Origin: Massalongia carnosa
Taxonomy: Eukaryota
DNA: 64,000 bases
Assembly: GCA_965645245.1 (NCBI GenBank)
Contig: OZ287073.1
Location: 1,426,001 to 1,490,000, forward strand
Direction: 5' to 3'
Every line of letters begins with the position of its first letter. Position 1 is the stretch's first letter. The notes below the pieces were generated by a model that saw nothing but the letters and a program-made list of their open reading frames with translations, did no database searches and was not told the origin of the DNA. This document shows, piece after piece, positions 61,350-64,000 of this stretch. The position numbers and the translations under genes are program-made.

Positions 61350-62672
61350 TCATCCCAGCTTCTTGATCCAGCGCTCAATCAACCCCGCTACCGCGTCGCT
61401 GTTGCGCTCCAACATGCTGAAATGGCCGTTGCCCAGGATGCCCACCTCCGCCAGCTTCGTCCACGTGACGTCCACCCCCGCCTGCCGGAGGAAGCGCACG
61501 CTGCACTCGTTGAACACGGCGTGCACGCTCGCTTGGGTGGTGAGGTAGAGGATGGGGGATTGGGAGATGTTGGCAAGTTTCCTGGGCGGAGGCGGGGGGT
61601 TAGGTGTCCCGGAGGTGATGGCGGTGTTGTTGGTATTGACGATGTGGGCGTTGCTGCCCTCGGCCTGGATGATGCACGAATACCTCGACACAAGGCCATC
61701 CGTATACTCCGTCCGTCCCACTACTGCTCGCACCAACTCCTTATCCGGATCCTGCACCGGCGGATCGTACGCAATCGGCACGTCCGCGATTCCCCATTTC
61801 CGCAAGGGCACCGGCGGATTGCCACTCACGAGCGCGACGTAGGAGCCGAATGGGGTTTGCGCGCCCTCGACCGAAACGTGGGCTTTTACGCTGCGGGGGC
61901 AGCCATCGGTAGCGAGTAGGCCGGCAGAAGATCCCGTGGAATGGCTGATTAAAATCGAAGGGCCCACCTGGGAGAGGAGGGTGCAGACGGCAGTGCGAGT
62001 GATGTTTTCTTGGGTGGCAGAAAATGCCAGAGGGAGTATCTGGGCGTAGAAGGTGTCGAAAACGGGGTCATCCTTCAAGCCCGTCTACATATGGTTAGAT
62101 ATTCGAACGGAGGGTTTGGGGAAAGGATGCACGTACGCCGGGCCATTGGGTGTGGAATCTTGCCTGATAGTAGCCTTTGTATTTTTCCGGAGCGGTGAAG
62201 GCCCTCTGAGCGAGCTCGACTGTGCTTCCAACAAACAGCTGAGGGAAACTTCCTGAGCTCGAGCGGCCAACGCTCCAGAGGTCGACGAGAAAGACTTCGT
62301 AGCCCTCGTTGAGGAAATACGATGCCCATCCTCTCCCGCCGTCGGGTTTGTTCAGCCATTGCTGGCGGGTGGTCATCAAAATTGGTTTAGGATTCCATGA
62401 CTGGCTGTTTGGCTTACCGTGCCGGAGATGCCGCCACCATGGAGGAAGACAAGCGGGTATCGTTGCTTGATGCCATTGAGGGGCGTGAGCTGCTCCACGT
62501 ACATCTGGCCTAGAAGGATCGTTCCGTTGAGGTGTACGTCGAAGTCATATCGGCCGCCGGCGTAGAACACACTGCGGCGATGAGGGACCTCGTCGGTCTT
62601 GCCATTGGTGGTCAGAGACCACACCGAGAGCGTCCCGTACACAACAATGAGCGCCCAGGAAAAGATCAACAT
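61350..62672 (-). CDS. secreted alpha/beta-fold hydrolase (esterase/lipase-like)
   Basis: Signal-like MLIFSWALIVVYGTLSVWS, GQMYVEQL, LVFLHGGG, WLNKPDGGRGWASYF, nucleophile elbow SHSTG, GNGHF; two introns. Confidence 0.85.
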
Positions 62673-64000
62673 TGTGCTGTCTGAAATCCGATGTTCCAAA
62701 GTCCTGCAAATCCAACGCAATAAAGCAACTCGAGCCCTCTTTTGTACGAAAGGCAAGATGTTATGTGCGGGTCAAAGTAGGTGAGCATCTTGAAGTACTC
62801 ACCCAAGCCACGAAGCGAGGCTGGTGTGCGTAGCCATGCAGATGTATTTCTGCTGTCTCGCAGACCCGGTTGCGATCCCGCAATTGAAGGCTTTTTTAAC
62901 ATGACGGCTACCTTCCGATCGTCCTATCATCCAATGCCACTTGACGAGGAAGCGCAGGAGGCTTGGAGGCTTAGTTATCCGCACATATGTGCCTAGACAA
63001 GAGTCCTGCGTGCGTTAACTCGGCCGATCGCTAACAAAAGGGCTCGAGGAATGTTCACTTATGCATTCTATACCGAGTAGTTCGTACTCTATACAGAATG
63101 CTCCATCCTATGGAAGTATGTACTCTGTTCTCCATACTCCTGATCGGTGCAATGCTGATCCCATCATTTGAAGCGACGACGAAACAACGTGAGCACTGTG
63201 CATATTATTTCCCATATAAGTGCTGTGGTGACATCCACCAATGGCTTCTGCCGCAATTCAGTTGATCTACAAAACCGAGGCTTCCCTTTTCCTCTGCCGT
63301 CCAAGCACTCGGTAGAGTAGAGCTAGTGATGTACTTATTACAGATTCAACTACTCCATCCTCCATCCTCACCGGCCAAATACGAAGCTGGAGGAAACGAA
63401 CGAGAGCCAAAGCATTACAGATTGCCCTTTTGCCTCTTCGATACTCGCCAATTCTTCCCCGTAGTTCAGCTCATATGGCTACCTTGACACACTTGAGGCC
63501 CTGGAACGTAAAGGATGGTGATGGTGATGATGATGCATCGGCTGCGCCATATGGGGAGTGGGGAAATAGATAGATGCCTAGTACTCTGTACAGAGTACTC
63601 TATACATGTACATCGGCAGGGGAGAAAGGCGATTATTCCACATGAGTAACCGGAGTCCCATCCAGTCAGATCGGCTACGCATAATCGCGAGTACATATGG
63701 AGCAGATGACAAAATACCTATCCCCAACCTTGATCATTGAAGGTTATATATAGGATACTTGGCTAATTTTGGAGAGAATTGTGGGAGAATTGATTCTGTC
63801 ACGCGCCTCGTACAGAGTACTCAAGAACCACCCCGGGATCGACCGTCAAATCCCACGGTACGAAAGACGTTTGGTTGCTCGTAATGGAAATCCAAATGGG
63901 ACGGGAAAGCAAGAGTCCATACCGAGTCCATACCTACCGTCCTGACCCTGCCGCCTTACCCCCCTTTGCAGTTTTATCCAGCTTCAGCCCCAACGAGCAC

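Overview
Eukaryotic DNA from a filamentous ascomycete (Pezizomycotina-type GT-AG introns with CTRAC branch sites). The left end (1-3.3 kb) holds two pogo/Fot1-type DNA transposons. From 3.6 to 47.4 kb is a block of mostly conserved housekeeping genes: Nup120/160, RAD51, PGK, an Mpv17/PMP22 protein, TRS65, PRP40, RLI1/ABCE1, CHD1, a very large disordered WG/Lys-rich protein, a mitochondrial carrier, a DUF3824-like protein and an auxin-efflux-carrier-family transporter. From about 48 to 60 kb is an accessory, transposon-dense island. It contains a degenerate piggyBac transposase, then a Tc1/mariner element (TA target, ~140-160 bp TIRs) that holds a putative solo LTR, into which a LINE inserted (14-bp TSD, intact ORF2); the LINE ORF1 carries a second solo LTR (5-bp TSD). 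The island is bracketed by two broken gene fragments missing from the ORF track (a HIRAN-domain Rad5/HLTF-like 5' piece and a ZNFX1-like RZ-finger 3' piece) and includes an intact 8-Cys small secreted protein. A secreted alpha/beta hydrolase ends the window. No tRNA, rRNA or CRISPR array was seen. All family assignments come from motif recognition by eye, not from database searches. I found no clearly novel multi-gene system; the best leads are the WG-repeat protein and the island.
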